Virus record (IMG/VR): IMGVR_UViG_3300043419_000731
Coordinates: 1 to 64,000 of that record
Origin: a virus
Strand: one strand, 5' to 3'
Length of the DNA stretch: 64,000 nucleotides
A program made the position numbers and the translations under genes. Shown one piece after another: positions 37,921-46,044 of the stretch; within the stretch, counting starts at the first letter, position 1; every line of letters starts with the position of its first letter. The notes under the pieces are model-generated. The model had not been told where the DNA came from and made no database searches. It worked only from the letters and a program-made list of their open reading frames with translations.

Positions 37921-37961
37921 CAAGGCCACTGTACAGAGTGTATAATTATACAGTACAGTGG
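37917..37961 (+). promoter_or_regulatory. tRNA promoter TTGACA-N18-TATAAT within inverted repeat CCACTGTAC...GTACAGTGG
   Basis: TTGACA 37917-37922; TATAAT 37941-37946; arms 37926-37934 / 37953-37961. Confidence 0.65.
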
Positions 37962-37973
37962 TTTTGTGCATAT

Positions 37974-38046
37974 TGGTCCATAGCTCAGTTGGTAGAGCGC
38001 CAAACTGTTAATTTGGATGTCCCAGGATCGAGACCTGGTGGACCAG
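37974..38046 (+). tRNA. tRNA-Asn(GTT)
   Basis: CCAAA-CTGTTAA-TTTGG; T-loop ATCGAGA (A54). Confidence 0.88.
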
Positions 38047-38051
38047 CATAT

Positions 38052-38133
38052 GCCCGAATGGTGGAATCGGTATACACGACAGACTTAAAATTTGTTGCTT
38101 CACAGCATGTCGGTTCAAGTCCGACTTCGGGTA
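38052..38133 (+). tRNA. tRNA-Leu(TAA)
   Basis: ACAGA-CTTAAAA-TTTGT; variable arm present. Confidence 0.9.
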
Positions 38134-38152
38134 CTAGAAAAGGTAAAGTAAT

Positions 38153-38386
38153 TTGTTACATTTAACGGAGAAAGGTGTTGAGATTTTTATCAAAAGGTCT
38201 CAATCAAAAACACAAGATTCATTTTGGAATAACTATGACCTTGTGATTTGGAAAAAAGATAACGGCGGCTATAGTTCTGTTGACGGAATGTATAGAAAAG
38301 ATGCTTGGGGCAAGTCAGAAAAAATTTCTGTCAGCCGTGAAGGAATTTGGAAGCTGCCAAAAAAATATGTCAAGTATTTTAAATAA
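38153..38386 (+). CDS. Hypothetical protein
   Basis: ORF track; TTG start. Confidence 0.55.
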   Translation: MLHLTEKGVEIFIKRSQSKTQDSFWNNYDLVIWKKDNGGYSSVDGMYRKDAWGKSEKISVSREGIWKLPKKYVKYFK

Positions 38387-38678
38387 TTTAGGTATAGAAA
38401 AAGAAGATCCAAAATGGTGGGACCTTGCGCTATGTAAAGGCATGGATACCAATCTATTTTTTGATAAATATGAATCAGATATCAACATCGCAAAAAGCAT
38501 TGATGAGGCATGCTTGTCTTGTCCAGTAATAAAGATATGCCATGATAGCGGGATTGAAAATGCAGATTATGGGGTATGGGGTGGAGTATTCCTAAGCTCT
38601 GGATCAGTTGATAAATCTAGAAATGCACATAAGACTAAAGATGTGTGGAGAAGAATAAAGGAAAAACATGTTTATTGA
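38367..38678 (+). CDS. whiB: WhiB-family Fe-S transcription factor
   Basis: 'W...ALCKG.DTNLFF', 'ACLSCPV...C', 'YGVWGG'. Confidence 0.88.
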   Translation: MSSILNNLGIEKEDPKWWDLALCKGMDTNLFFDKYESDINIAKSIDEACLSCPVIKICHDSGIENADYGVWGGVFLSSGSVDKSRNAHKTKDVWRRIKEKHVY

Positions 38679-38988
38679 TAAGAACAAGAATCATTTTAAA
38701 TATGGAATTAATGAATGGACTGGTGAGCCAAATAAACCAGTATTCTATAATAAAGCAATGGCTCTAAAGATAAGAGAGTTAGCAAAGCCAACAAGTGCTT
38801 TGCAGATGGATATAGTCAAGTATCCAGAGTTTTTAGCTATAAGGTTATATGAAGATAACTTTGCACAATTTGATGGCTCAATGAGAGTCAGAGTAATAGA
38901 ATATGTAGAAATGGTAAAAAATATCTTGGAATCATATGGAGTAAGAGTTGAGCTTGAAGGAAAGCCAGGAGGAAAGAACAATGGATAA
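38668..38988 (+). CDS. Hypothetical protein
   Basis: Coupled ORF. Confidence 0.65.
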   Translation: MFIDKNKNHFKYGINEWTGEPNKPVFYNKAMALKIRELAKPTSALQMDIVKYPEFLAIRLYEDNFAQFDGSMRVRVIEYVEMVKNILESYGVRVELEGKPGGKNNG

Positions 38989-39217
38989 GGTATTATGCTA
39001 CTCATGCAATAAGAGTAAAAATGAGCTAACTGCCAAGAAATCTTCGCTATTAGCAATCAACCTGTTGCTATGCAAGACATGCACAGAGAATAAGCTTGAG
39101 CCCCGCTGGATAGTTATCCTGGCTGGAAGACAATATGGCGCAGATCATGTTAAAGAGTTTATTGCTAAAAAGCGATATGTTGGCTTAGACATAACTGCAT
39201 CTGAATTATTAATCTAA
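38981..39217 (+). CDS. Zinc-binding hypothetical protein
   Basis: 'CYSC...CKTC'; GGAGG RBS; ATG 38981. Confidence 0.65.
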   Translation: MDKVLCYSCNKSKNELTAKKSSLLAINLLLCKTCTENKLEPRWIVILAGRQYGADHVKEFIAKKRYVGLDITASELLI

Positions 39218-39246
39218 TATAGATATTACGGTATAATATTCATATA

Positions 39247-39561
39247 ATGAATATTACTACGCAAATAATTATAACCTTATTTGCCGCTTCTATAAGCGGC
39301 TTGCTCACAGCGCAAGTAAATTCTAGAAGATTAAAAAAAGAAAAAGCTATTCAGGCTGCAGATAAAGCCCATGACCAGCTTTTACTTGAGGTAAAAGATC
39401 TTCAGATTAAGCTATATAAATTAGAAAAAGACTTGACCGAATGGAAGGAAAAGTATTTTGAGGCCCTTCAAGAATTAATTAAAGTCAAAGGCGAGCTAGA
39501 AAAGACTATGATTAGGCTCAGCCATGTAGAAATACATGAGGAAGAATTAAACGATATCTAG
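39247..39561 (+). CDS. N-terminal TM + coiled-coil protein
   Basis: Hydrophobic N-terminus, heptad-rich C-terminus. Confidence 0.65.
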   Translation: MNITTQIIITLFAASISGLLTAQVNSRRLKKEKAIQAADKAHDQLLLEVKDLQIKLYKLEKDLTEWKEKYFEALQELIKVKGELEKTMIRLSHVEIHEEELNDI

Positions 39562-39593
39562 CACTTCGAATTTATATTTAGTATACTAGAATC

Positions 39594-40151
39594 ATGACAT
39601 GTATAGTAGCCATTGCCCAAAATGGGGTAGTTTATATGGGATCAGATCACGCAGCATCAGATGATAAGACTGGATGGATACTTTCACGCAAAGAGCCAAA
39701 ATGTTTTAAAGTTGGACAGTATGGCGTTGCGTTTACAGATTCATTTAGAATGGGACAAATCTTACAGTACTCATGGGTCCCACCAAAGTACACTCCTACA
39801 AAAACAAACTCTGGATTAGATAAGTTTATGAGAACAAAGTTTATTGATTCAGTCAAGCAAGCATTCAAAGACGGCGGTTATGGAAGCATAGGGTCATCAT
39901 CCGATGAAGACACTGGAGGAATCTTTATTGTTGGAGTTGAAGGAAGAATCTTTACAATCGACGAAGACTTTCATGTTGGAGAAAATGTTGTTAACTACAT
40001 GGCGGAAGGCAGTGGTGGTCAGATAGCACTAGGAGCCTTATACGCAACAAAGAATCAAAAGAACCCTAAGCTAAGGCTAAAGGCTGCCCTAGAAGCTGCT
40101 ACAGAGTTTAACATGAGCGTAGCAGCCCCATATACATACATTCAAGTTTAG
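39594..40151 (+). CDS. Ntn-hydrolase / HslV-proteasome-beta-like peptidase
   Basis: N-terminal 'MTCIV' nucleophile Thr, 'GSD', 'GSGGQIALGAL', 'AA..FN.SV..P'. Confidence 0.8.
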   Translation: MTCIVAIAQNGVVYMGSDHAASDDKTGWILSRKEPKCFKVGQYGVAFTDSFRMGQILQYSWVPPKYTPTKTNSGLDKFMRTKFIDSVKQAFKDGGYGSIGSSSDEDTGGIFIVGVEGRIFTIDEDFHVGENVVNYMAEGSGGQIALGALYATKNQKNPKLRLKAALEAATEFNMSVAAPYTYIQV

Positions 40152-40165
40152 TGTATAATTGAGTT

Positions 40166-40522
40166 ATGAAAACTTTCATAGCAGCATTGTCAGCACTTGG
40201 TTTATTTTCTGCATTCAAATCATTTAGATCAAGATATGCTGTAGGCATTTATTATATTGACAAGCTTGAAGAGGTTCAAGAGCAGATCAGAAAGGCCACT
40301 GGCCCATTTGATATAAATGATCTTAAGCCAGAAAACTATGACAACGCTATGGATGTCAGAGGCACCCCAACACATCTTTGCCCATGCGGTTGCAACATAT
40401 GGAATGTCAAGGTTATATTTGAAGACTTTGAGGTTGCAACATACTTCCTGGATATGGAATGCGCTAATTGTGGGACAATGGCGACAGCACCAACACTATT
40501 AGATAAAGAAAAGATGGAATGA
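40166..40522 (+). CDS. Hypothetical zinc-binding protein with N-terminal hydrophobic segment
   Basis: 'HLCPCGC...CANCG'. Confidence 0.65.
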   Translation: MKTFIAALSALGLFSAFKSFRSRYAVGIYYIDKLEEVQEQIRKATGPFDINDLKPENYDNAMDVRGTPTHLCPCGCNIWNVKVIFEDFEVATYFLDMECANCGTMATAPTLLDKEKME

Positions 40523-40656
40523 TTAAAAATAAAAAGATTAAAGAATTAGATAAAAAGATATTCGAGTTAGAGGCTAGGCTGGCTATTATGGAGTTACAGC
40601 TAAATAGTCTTATTATAAGCCAAAATCTAGATCTCGACGCAGAAAAATGGTACTAG
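40519..40656 (+). CDS. Small coiled-coil protein (45 aa)
   Basis: Read manually; ATGA overlap. Confidence 0.5.
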   Translation: MIKNKKIKELDKKIFELEARLAIMELQLNSLIISQNLDLDAEKWY

Positions 40657-40660
40657 AATA

Positions 40661-40697
40661 CTATTGACAATCTACTATTATTTAGTAGAATTAAGGC
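40661..40697 (+). promoter_or_regulatory. Promoter CTATTGACA-N16-TAGAAT, 6 nt before ATG 40698
   Basis: TTGACA 40664-40669; TAGAAT 40686-40691. Confidence 0.7.
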
Positions 40698-41819
40698 ATG
40701 AATAAAAAACTAATAACTGTATTACTATCACTATCATTTATTGTGCCTATGGCGGTACATGCTAACGCTGCTCCAGCAGCCCCAACGATTGCTATCCTAG
40801 ACACAGCTCTGGACTCATCGCTACCAGCATTTCAGGGCAAGGTAATTCAAGAAGTTTGCATTCTTCAGTTCGGCCTATGCCCAAATAATCAGTCATTTAT
40901 GGAAGGCCCAGGAGCAGCAGCAATGTCTGCTAACACAATCACTATGAACGGATTTGATCATGGTACTCAAATGGCATCTGTATTTGTTAAAACAAATCCA
41001 AATGCCAATATTGTATTCATTAGAATTATTGGAGATAAGGCAGGAGTTCGTCAGCCAGCAGGGGAGCCAACAGTATATAACGCTCTTAACTGGGTAAAAG
41101 CAAATGCATTAAAGTATAACATTCAGGCAGTAAGTATGTCGCAAGGCCACCATAATATTGGTGCAGCGGGAACAGATTATTGTCCAAAGACTCCAGTAAC
41201 TGAGCAGGCAGTAAAAGACCTTACGGCAATGCAAATTCCAGTGTTCTTTCCTTCTGGAAATGGTCGTGATTACTCACGTATTGATTGGCCAGCATGCCTA
41301 GATGTTTCAGTTTCTGTAGGATATACAGATCAGCAGGGAGAAATTTCTTCTTCTAGCAATAACGATGCAACAAAGCTTGACTTCTTTGCACTAGGATTTT
41401 TTACAAGCGCAGGTCCAGGTAATGTTCTAAAGAATATCTCAGGCTCATCTTCTGCTACACAGGTAATGGCAGCAAACTGGATTGCATATAAAACTGCAAA
41501 GCCAACTGCTACATATCAAGAAACTTTAGATGCATTCAGAAGTACTGCAGTTTCTACCGTTGGCCGTCAAGGAAAGTTTAATAAGCTTGTTGACTTAAAT
41601 AAAGCATTATCATATACTTCAGCCAAGCCCTCTGCACCAAGTGCAGCGGAACTTGCAGCAGCAGAAGCAGCAGCGCAGGCAGCAGCAAAAGCTGCCTTAC
41701 AAACACAAGTGAATGCTGCAATTGCAGCAGCAGAAGCACAGTATCAAATTGAATTAAAGGCTGCACAAGATAAGCTTGCTGCAACAAAGGCGACATGGTT
41801 GGCAAAACTCAATGGCTGA
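40698..41819 (+). CDS. Secreted subtilisin-like (S8) serine peptidase
   Basis: Signal peptide; 'IAILDT' (Asp), 'DHGTQMA' (His), 'PSGN' (oxyanion Asn), 'SGSSSA' (Ser). Confidence 0.82.
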   Translation: MNKKLITVLLSLSFIVPMAVHANAAPAAPTIAILDTALDSSLPAFQGKVIQEVCILQFGLCPNNQSFMEGPGAAAMSANTITMNGFDHGTQMASVFVKTNPNANIVFIRIIGDKAGVRQPAGEPTVYNALNWVKANALKYNIQAVSMSQGHHNIGAAGTDYCPKTPVTEQAVKDLTAMQIPVFFPSGNGRDYSRIDWPACLDVSVSVGYTDQQGEISSSSNNDATKLDFFALGFFTSAGPGNVLKNISGSSSATQVMAANWIAYKTAKPTATYQETLDAFRSTAVSTVGRQGKFNKLVDLNKALSYTSAKPSAPSAAELAAAEAAAQAAAKAALQTQVNAAIAAAEAQYQIELKAAQDKLAATKATWLAKLNG

Positions 41820-42018
41820 ATTAACAGTAATGGATGAAATCATTGGCGAAGTTGCTGAGGGTCTATATAAAAAATGGATTTCAGCAATGCCTGATGATGA
41901 AAAGAATCAACAAGCATTTAGTGCAATGTCAAAAAATGCACATGAAACAACTCTATTTGTAATTCAAGATTTTATGAATAGATTTAATGCAGCAGCGGAG
42001 GAGTTAAAGGATCAATGA
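41812..42018 (+). CDS. Hypothetical protein
   Basis: ATG 41812; coupled. Confidence 0.6.
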   Translation: MAELTVMDEIIGEVAEGLYKKWISAMPDDEKNQQAFSAMSKNAHETTLFVIQDFMNRFNAAAEELKDQ

Positions 42019-42317
42019 TTGTCACAGATGAGACATTTGAATCAACACTATCTGCTCATGATTTAGTGCTCATAGATTTTTGGGCACCTTGGTGTGGACC
42101 ATGTAAAAAGATATCACCAATCTTAGATGAAATCTCAGATGAGCGTGGTTTATGGGTTGGAAAGTTAAATGTTGATGAGAATCCAGTAAAAACTGCTGAA
42201 TACTCTGTTGCTACTATCCCATATATGGTACTATTTAAGTCTGGTCAACCAGTAAAGACCATTACGGGCGCAAAGCCAAAGCATGTAATGCTTGAGGAGC
42301 TTTCGGAATGGATCTAG
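42015..42317 (+). CDS. trxA: Thioredoxin
   Basis: 'DFWAPWCGPCK', 'KLNVDEN', 'IP'. Confidence 0.93.
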   Translation: MIVTDETFESTLSAHDLVLIDFWAPWCGPCKKISPILDEISDERGLWVGKLNVDENPVKTAEYSVATIPYMVLFKSGQPVKTITGAKPKHVMLEELSEWI

Positions 42318-42502
42318 AAAATATAGACTCAGATCATTTAGAGTTTGAGATATGGTTGAAGAGCGGATATGACAGAGGATGGATTACTGATGTATTTTGT
42401 AATACACACGATGGTTCACCTATGACAGAAGAAGAAATGCAAGAATGGGATGAAGGCGGAGACCCGTGTTCGTTTCAGGTAAAGGTATTACCACTAAACT
42501 AA
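42308..42502 (+). CDS. Hypothetical protein
   Basis: 'FCNTHDG.P' and 'GDPC' motifs. Confidence 0.65.
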   Translation: MDLENIDSDHLEFEIWLKSGYDRGWITDVFCNTHDGSPMTEEEMQEWDEGGDPCSFQVKVLPLN

Positions 42503-42548
42503 CTTTCTGCGCTCATCTAGAGGCAGATTAATTAAGGAGAAAAAATAA

Positions 42549-43637
42549 ATGAAGTCATTTAAGAAACTATCGATTGCTACTGCTGCAGCTCTAGCAATTA
42601 CAACTGTTTCTGTAGCAACATCTTCGGCAGCACCACTAGCCGTTACGGTTGCAACAGTAACAAACGCAACAACATCTGCAGCACCTGCATCAGTTGCAGT
42701 ACCAGCAGCAAACCAGATCACATCTGGTACATCAGTAGCTTTAGCAGCAACTGCTGACACAAATACAGTAGTGTCTTTTGTAGCATCAGATACAATTAAG
42801 CTTGTAACTGCTTTGCACACAACAGATGCACCAAAGACAATTGCTTCTGGAGTATCTACACTATCACTAACATCAGCAGGATCAGCGCTTACTGTTTACG
42901 CTTATACAACAAGCGTTAAGGTTGGAACAGTAACAATTACAAACGGCGGTTATTCAACTGTTGTTTACATCAAGGGAACAGCAGGAGCAGCATCAAATGT
43001 TGCAGTCGCAGTCCCAGCAGCATCAGCAGTTGGAACAATTCCAACAGTAACTGTATCTGCTACAGACGTGTTTGGTAACCCAATTCTTACAGGTGAAACA
43101 ATCACTGCAACAGTTCTCGGTTCAACATTCTCAGATGGGACCATCACAAAGACACTCGTTACTTCTACAACAGCAGAAGCAACAGCAGACACAACTCTAG
43201 TTGCTGGCTCAAAGACTGCATCACTTGCAGTTGGCGTTGCTGGAACAGTTACAGTTGTAGTTACAGGTGCAACATCAGCAGCAACAGTTGCTGGCTTGAC
43301 AGCACCAACAAAGGCAGCACAGGCAGCATTTACTGTATCTGATCTTAATGGTACAGTAGCAACACTTACTGCACAGCTCGCAGCAGAGAAGGCTGGACGT
43401 GCACTTGATGCACAGGCAGCAGCAAATGTTCTCGCAGCAGAGAAGGCTGGACGTGCAGCAGATAAGGTTGCAGCAGATAAGGCACTTGCGGACGCAAAGG
43501 CAGCATCTGATTCAGCAACAGCAACAGCAAAGGCAGCAGCAGATCTTGCTCGTGCAACATATGTTGCAGAGTACAACGCTCTTGCTAAGAAGTGGAACGC
43601 TAAGAATCCAAAGGCTAAGGTTGCACTTAAGAAGTAA
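42549..43637 (+). CDS. Secreted Ala/Thr/Val-rich surface (S-layer-like) protein
   Basis: Signal peptide 'MKSFKKLSIATAAALA...SSAAP'; beta-rich body; helical basic tail 'AEYNALAKKWNAKNPKAKVALKK'; AAGGAG RBS. Confidence 0.65.
   Translation: MKSFKKLSIATAAALAITTVSVATSSAAPLAVTVATVTNATTSAAPASVAVPAANQITSGTSVALAATADTNTVVSFVASDTIKLVTALHTTDAPKTIASGVSTLSLTSAGSALTVYAYTTSVKVGTVTITNGGYSTVVYIKGTAGAASNVAVAVPAASAVGTIPTVTVSATDVFGNPILTGETITATVLGSTFSDGTITKTLVTSTTAEATADTTLVAGSKTASLAVGVAGTVTVVVTGATSAATVAGLTAPTKAAQAAFTVSDLNGTVATLTAQLAAEKAGRALDAQAAANVLAAEKAGRAADKVAADKALADAKAASDSATATAKAAADLARATYVAEYNALAKKWNAKNPKAKVALKK
43377..43457 (+). repeat. 27-bp exact direct repeat (54-bp period)
   Basis: CTCGCAGCAGAGAAGGCTGGACGTGCA at 43377 and 43431 (LAAEKAGRA x2). 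Confidence 0.85.
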
Positions 43638-43647
43638 TTAACTTCGA

Positions 43648-43682
43648 TTAAAGGGGCAGGACTCAGGTCTTGCCCCTTTAAT
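43648..43682 (+). terminator. Intrinsic terminator-like hairpin
   Basis: TTAAAGGGGCAGGAC-tcag-GTCTTGCCCCTTTAA after stop. Confidence 0.75.
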
Positions 43683-43704
43683 ATTTAAATGATAGAATTG
43701 AGAT

Positions 43705-43923
43705 ATGGAATCAAACAAAAGAAGTTTATATAAGTCGTTTACTTGGCCAGCAGTTCATATAGGATTTGTTGGCACATTAGTCTACTTTTTTGAGAAGGCT
43801 ATTACTGGCGAAGCCCACTGGGAGTATGCTGGTGCATTTGCAATAATTTATACTTTATGTGAGATGGTCGGATACTTTTTGCACGAAAGAGCGTGGTCAA
43901 AGTTTGGAAGTAAGGTTAAATAA
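43705..43923 (+). CDS. DUF2061-like small membrane protein
   Basis: 'ES.KRSL.KS.TW' and 'YF.HER.W' motifs; TGaTAGAAT 6 nt upstream. Confidence 0.7.
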   Translation: MESNKRSLYKSFTWPAVHIGFVGTLVYFFEKAITGEAHWEYAGAFAIIYTLCEMVGYFLHERAWSKFGSKVK

Positions 43924-44066
43924 TGGGAAAGCATAACGATAAAATTAAAAAAGCTTTAGAGCAAAGAATTGCTGCAACACCAAATGGGGCGGGATACAAG
44001 AAGCCTGGATCAATGAATAAGAAGAAAACAGGCTATAGAGGACAAGTAGCAAAGGGTCCTAAGTAA
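43923..44066 (+). CDS. Basic microprotein (47 aa)
   Basis: MGKHNDKIKKALEQRIAATPNGAGYKKPGSMNKKKTGYRGQVAKGPK. Confidence 0.65.
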   Translation: MGKHNDKIKKALEQRIAATPNGAGYKKPGSMNKKKTGYRGQVAKGPK

Positions 44067-44069
44067 TTA

Positions 44070-44192
44070 ATGCTCAGCGATAAGTGTGAAATAAAAGATT
44101 GTAATAAGCCAGCCAAGCACATAGGCTCATTGCCTGAGACTGGTATTATTGATATGTGTGCAGATTGTTACCACAGATTATATAGGTCATAA
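44070..44192 (+). CDS. Cys-rich microprotein (40 aa)
   Basis: MLSDKCEIKDCNKPAKH...MCADCYHRLYRS. Confidence 0.6.
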   Translation: MLSDKCEIKDCNKPAKHIGSLPETGIIDMCADCYHRLYRS

Positions 44193-44194
44193 TA

Positions 44195-45196
44195 ATGAAT
44201 AAGTATTTAATCAAGGCAGTCCAGCTTGATGTAAATGGCTTATGCAATTCTTCTTGCTGGTTTTGCCCAGTCGCCTATGCTGGTAATCCAAAGTCAGCAA
44301 TAAGAGATATGCCTTTATCAGAGATAGAGGATATATTTATTCAATTGACTGAAGGCAAAGGTGACTTTGTAGATCCAGGTCTATCTATAGTTTACTCTGC
44401 TAATTACAATGAGGTTCTTTTGTATAAAGAGTTTGACGCAATGATGGATCTATATGCAAAGTATAATTTTAAAACTAACATACTAACCAACGGAGTCAAC
44501 CTAACTAAATCTAAAACCGATTTACTTATCAAGCACAAAGATTCAATACAGGGAATACTATTAAACATCCCATCATCTGATCCAGAAACTTGGTCTAAAT
44601 ATGTTGGTATGAATATAAACCTGTTTGATAAAGTAATTAATAATGTTAAGCATTTTATAGAAGAAAATAATAAGCTTGAGAATCCAATATTTATTCATTT
44701 AATGATAAATGGTATCAATGAGCTATCATTGACTGAAAATGGTGGATGGCTTAACCTATTAGAAAATGCTCCAATAATGGATCTAAGCCTAGAGAGTGGT
44801 GATCTAAAAAAGGAGCATGATAGATTTCAATCTATATTCCCTAATTTAAGTATAAGCACAGCTCATCACCTATACGACAGGGCGGCACACCTTGAAACAC
44901 ATAAGGTTATGACTCAGGGACCTGCTATTGAAAAGTATTTAAAGGTAAATGGTAGTCGTGTAATTGGATGCAATGGTGGTCTTGGAGTTAGAAGTAGAAC
45001 TAATGAATGGATACATATTAACCCAAATGGAGATTTATTTATTTGCTGTGCTGATTATGATTTTGAAACAATATATGGCAACGCATTTAGCCAGTCAATA
45101 AAGGAAATATGGCACAGCAAGTCAAGGTCTGACATGGTTGAAGAGTCCTATTCTAAGATGTGCACGAGCTGTTCTGCGGCCATTTGGGGCGACTGA
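44195..45196 (+). CDS. Radical SAM protein with C-terminal SPASM/twitch domain
   Basis: CxxxCxxC 'CNSSCWFC'; 'GC..HINPNGDLFICC.D...GN...SIKEIW...CTSC'. Confidence 0.9.
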   Translation: MNKYLIKAVQLDVNGLCNSSCWFCPVAYAGNPKSAIRDMPLSEIEDIFIQLTEGKGDFVDPGLSIVYSANYNEVLLYKEFDAMMDLYAKYNFKTNILTNGVNLTKSKTDLLIKHKDSIQGILLNIPSSDPETWSKYVGMNINLFDKVINNVKHFIEENNKLENPIFIHLMINGINELSLTENGGWLNLLENAPIMDLSLESGDLKKEHDRFQSIFPNLSISTAHHLYDRAAHLETHKVMTQGPAIEKYLKVNGSRVIGCNGGLGVRSRTNEWIHINPNGDLFICCADYDFETIYGNAFSQSIKEIWHSKSRSDMVEESYSKMCTSCSAAIWGD

Positions 45197-45300
45197 TGTG
45201 CTGGTTATGTGGGTGCGCTGATCATGTTGGCCTAGGCAACGAGAGAGAGCCTGAAGAGAAGCCTGATCCTAATCAACTAAATGCTATAATAGAGTCATAA
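45196..45300 (+). CDS. 34-aa micropeptide MCWLCGCADH...
   Basis: TGATG overlap with radical SAM stop; CxxCGC N-terminus. Confidence 0.55.
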   Translation: MCWLCGCADHVGLGNEREPEEKPDPNQLNAIIES

Positions 45301-45346
45301 GCGGAATACTAGTCCCGCTTAAATAAATAACCTATAGGAGTACCAA

Positions 45347-45505
45347 ATGACAACAAATGGAATTAACGGTGGTGGTTTTGAAGCTGCTAAGCCAGCAGGA
45401 ACTAACAGCATCAATGCACACTATTCAGACAATACAGGATCAGCATTCCCAGCAACAGATAAGTCAACACAAGACGGTTCAGGCGTAGGCCAGGGCGGAA
45501 AGTAA
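45347..45505 (+). CDS. 52-aa Gly/Ser/Thr-rich micropeptide
   Basis: TAGGAG RBS; TGcTATAAT 45282-45290; leader hairpin 45298-45321. Confidence 0.65.
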   Translation: MTTNGINGGGFEAAKPAGTNSINAHYSDNTGSAFPATDKSTQDGSGVGQGGK

Positions 45506-45507
45506 TA

Positions 45508-45657
45508 ATGTCGATCTTTGATAAAGAAGAAGTTGTAGCACCAACACAGGCAGCAGCAGTTGCTGCAGCTATAAAGCCATCGGCTAAGGTTGAGTGCACA
45601 AGAGACACAAGAGGCGATGCTCCTTGTGCAGTGAAGGATTGCGAGAACTGTAACTAA
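45508..45657 (+). CDS. 49-aa micropeptide with Cys-rich C-terminus
   Basis: MSIFDKEEVVAPTQAAAVAAAIKPSAKVECTRDTRGDAPCAVKDCENCN. Confidence 0.6.
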   Translation: MSIFDKEEVVAPTQAAAVAAAIKPSAKVECTRDTRGDAPCAVKDCENCN

Positions 45658-45845
45658 TGTGCATAATGTGTGGTTGCGGAGATTCTAGTAATTTCGGAGA
45701 TATTAAATCACAAGATGCCCCAATGTTTACAATTGGAGATATTTTTGGTGGAGATATAGACGACTTATCAGAGTCAGGTATTAGAGACAGAGATTCTGAA
45801 TCTACTTATAACCCAAGCGGAGAAGTAGAAGACGATAATGACTAA
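45657..45845 (+). CDS. 62-aa acidic micropeptide MCIMCGCG...
   Basis: TAATG overlap; CxxCGC N-terminus. Confidence 0.6.
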   Translation: MCIMCGCGDSSNFGDIKSQDAPMFTIGDIFGGDIDDLSESGIRDRDSESTYNPSGEVEDDND

Positions 45846-46044
45846 TAGTTTTAAAAAAGAAGATGGTACTGGCATGGTTCCACCAGCTAACGCTGGTGCA
45901 CCTGCTGGTGCTGTAACAAGCACAAACACGCCAAAGAGATATCCAAGGCAGGGTGTAAGAATAGATACTAATAAGCATGGCATTCGAAGAGAAACAAGCT
46001 TAGTACCTAAGCCACCTAAAAAAAGCGGTAGAAAGAAAGTTTAA
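45838..46044 (+). CDS. 68-aa basic low-complexity protein
   Basis: ORF track; coupled. Confidence 0.6.
   Translation: MTNSFKKEDGTGMVPPANAGAPAGAVTSTNTPKRYPRQGVRIDTNKHGIRRETSLVPKPPKKSGRKKV

Noticed and set aside
29640-38140. Integrase/attP or prophage boundary at tRNAs
   Set aside because: No integrase or repressor cassette, and no duplicated tRNA 3' end seen.
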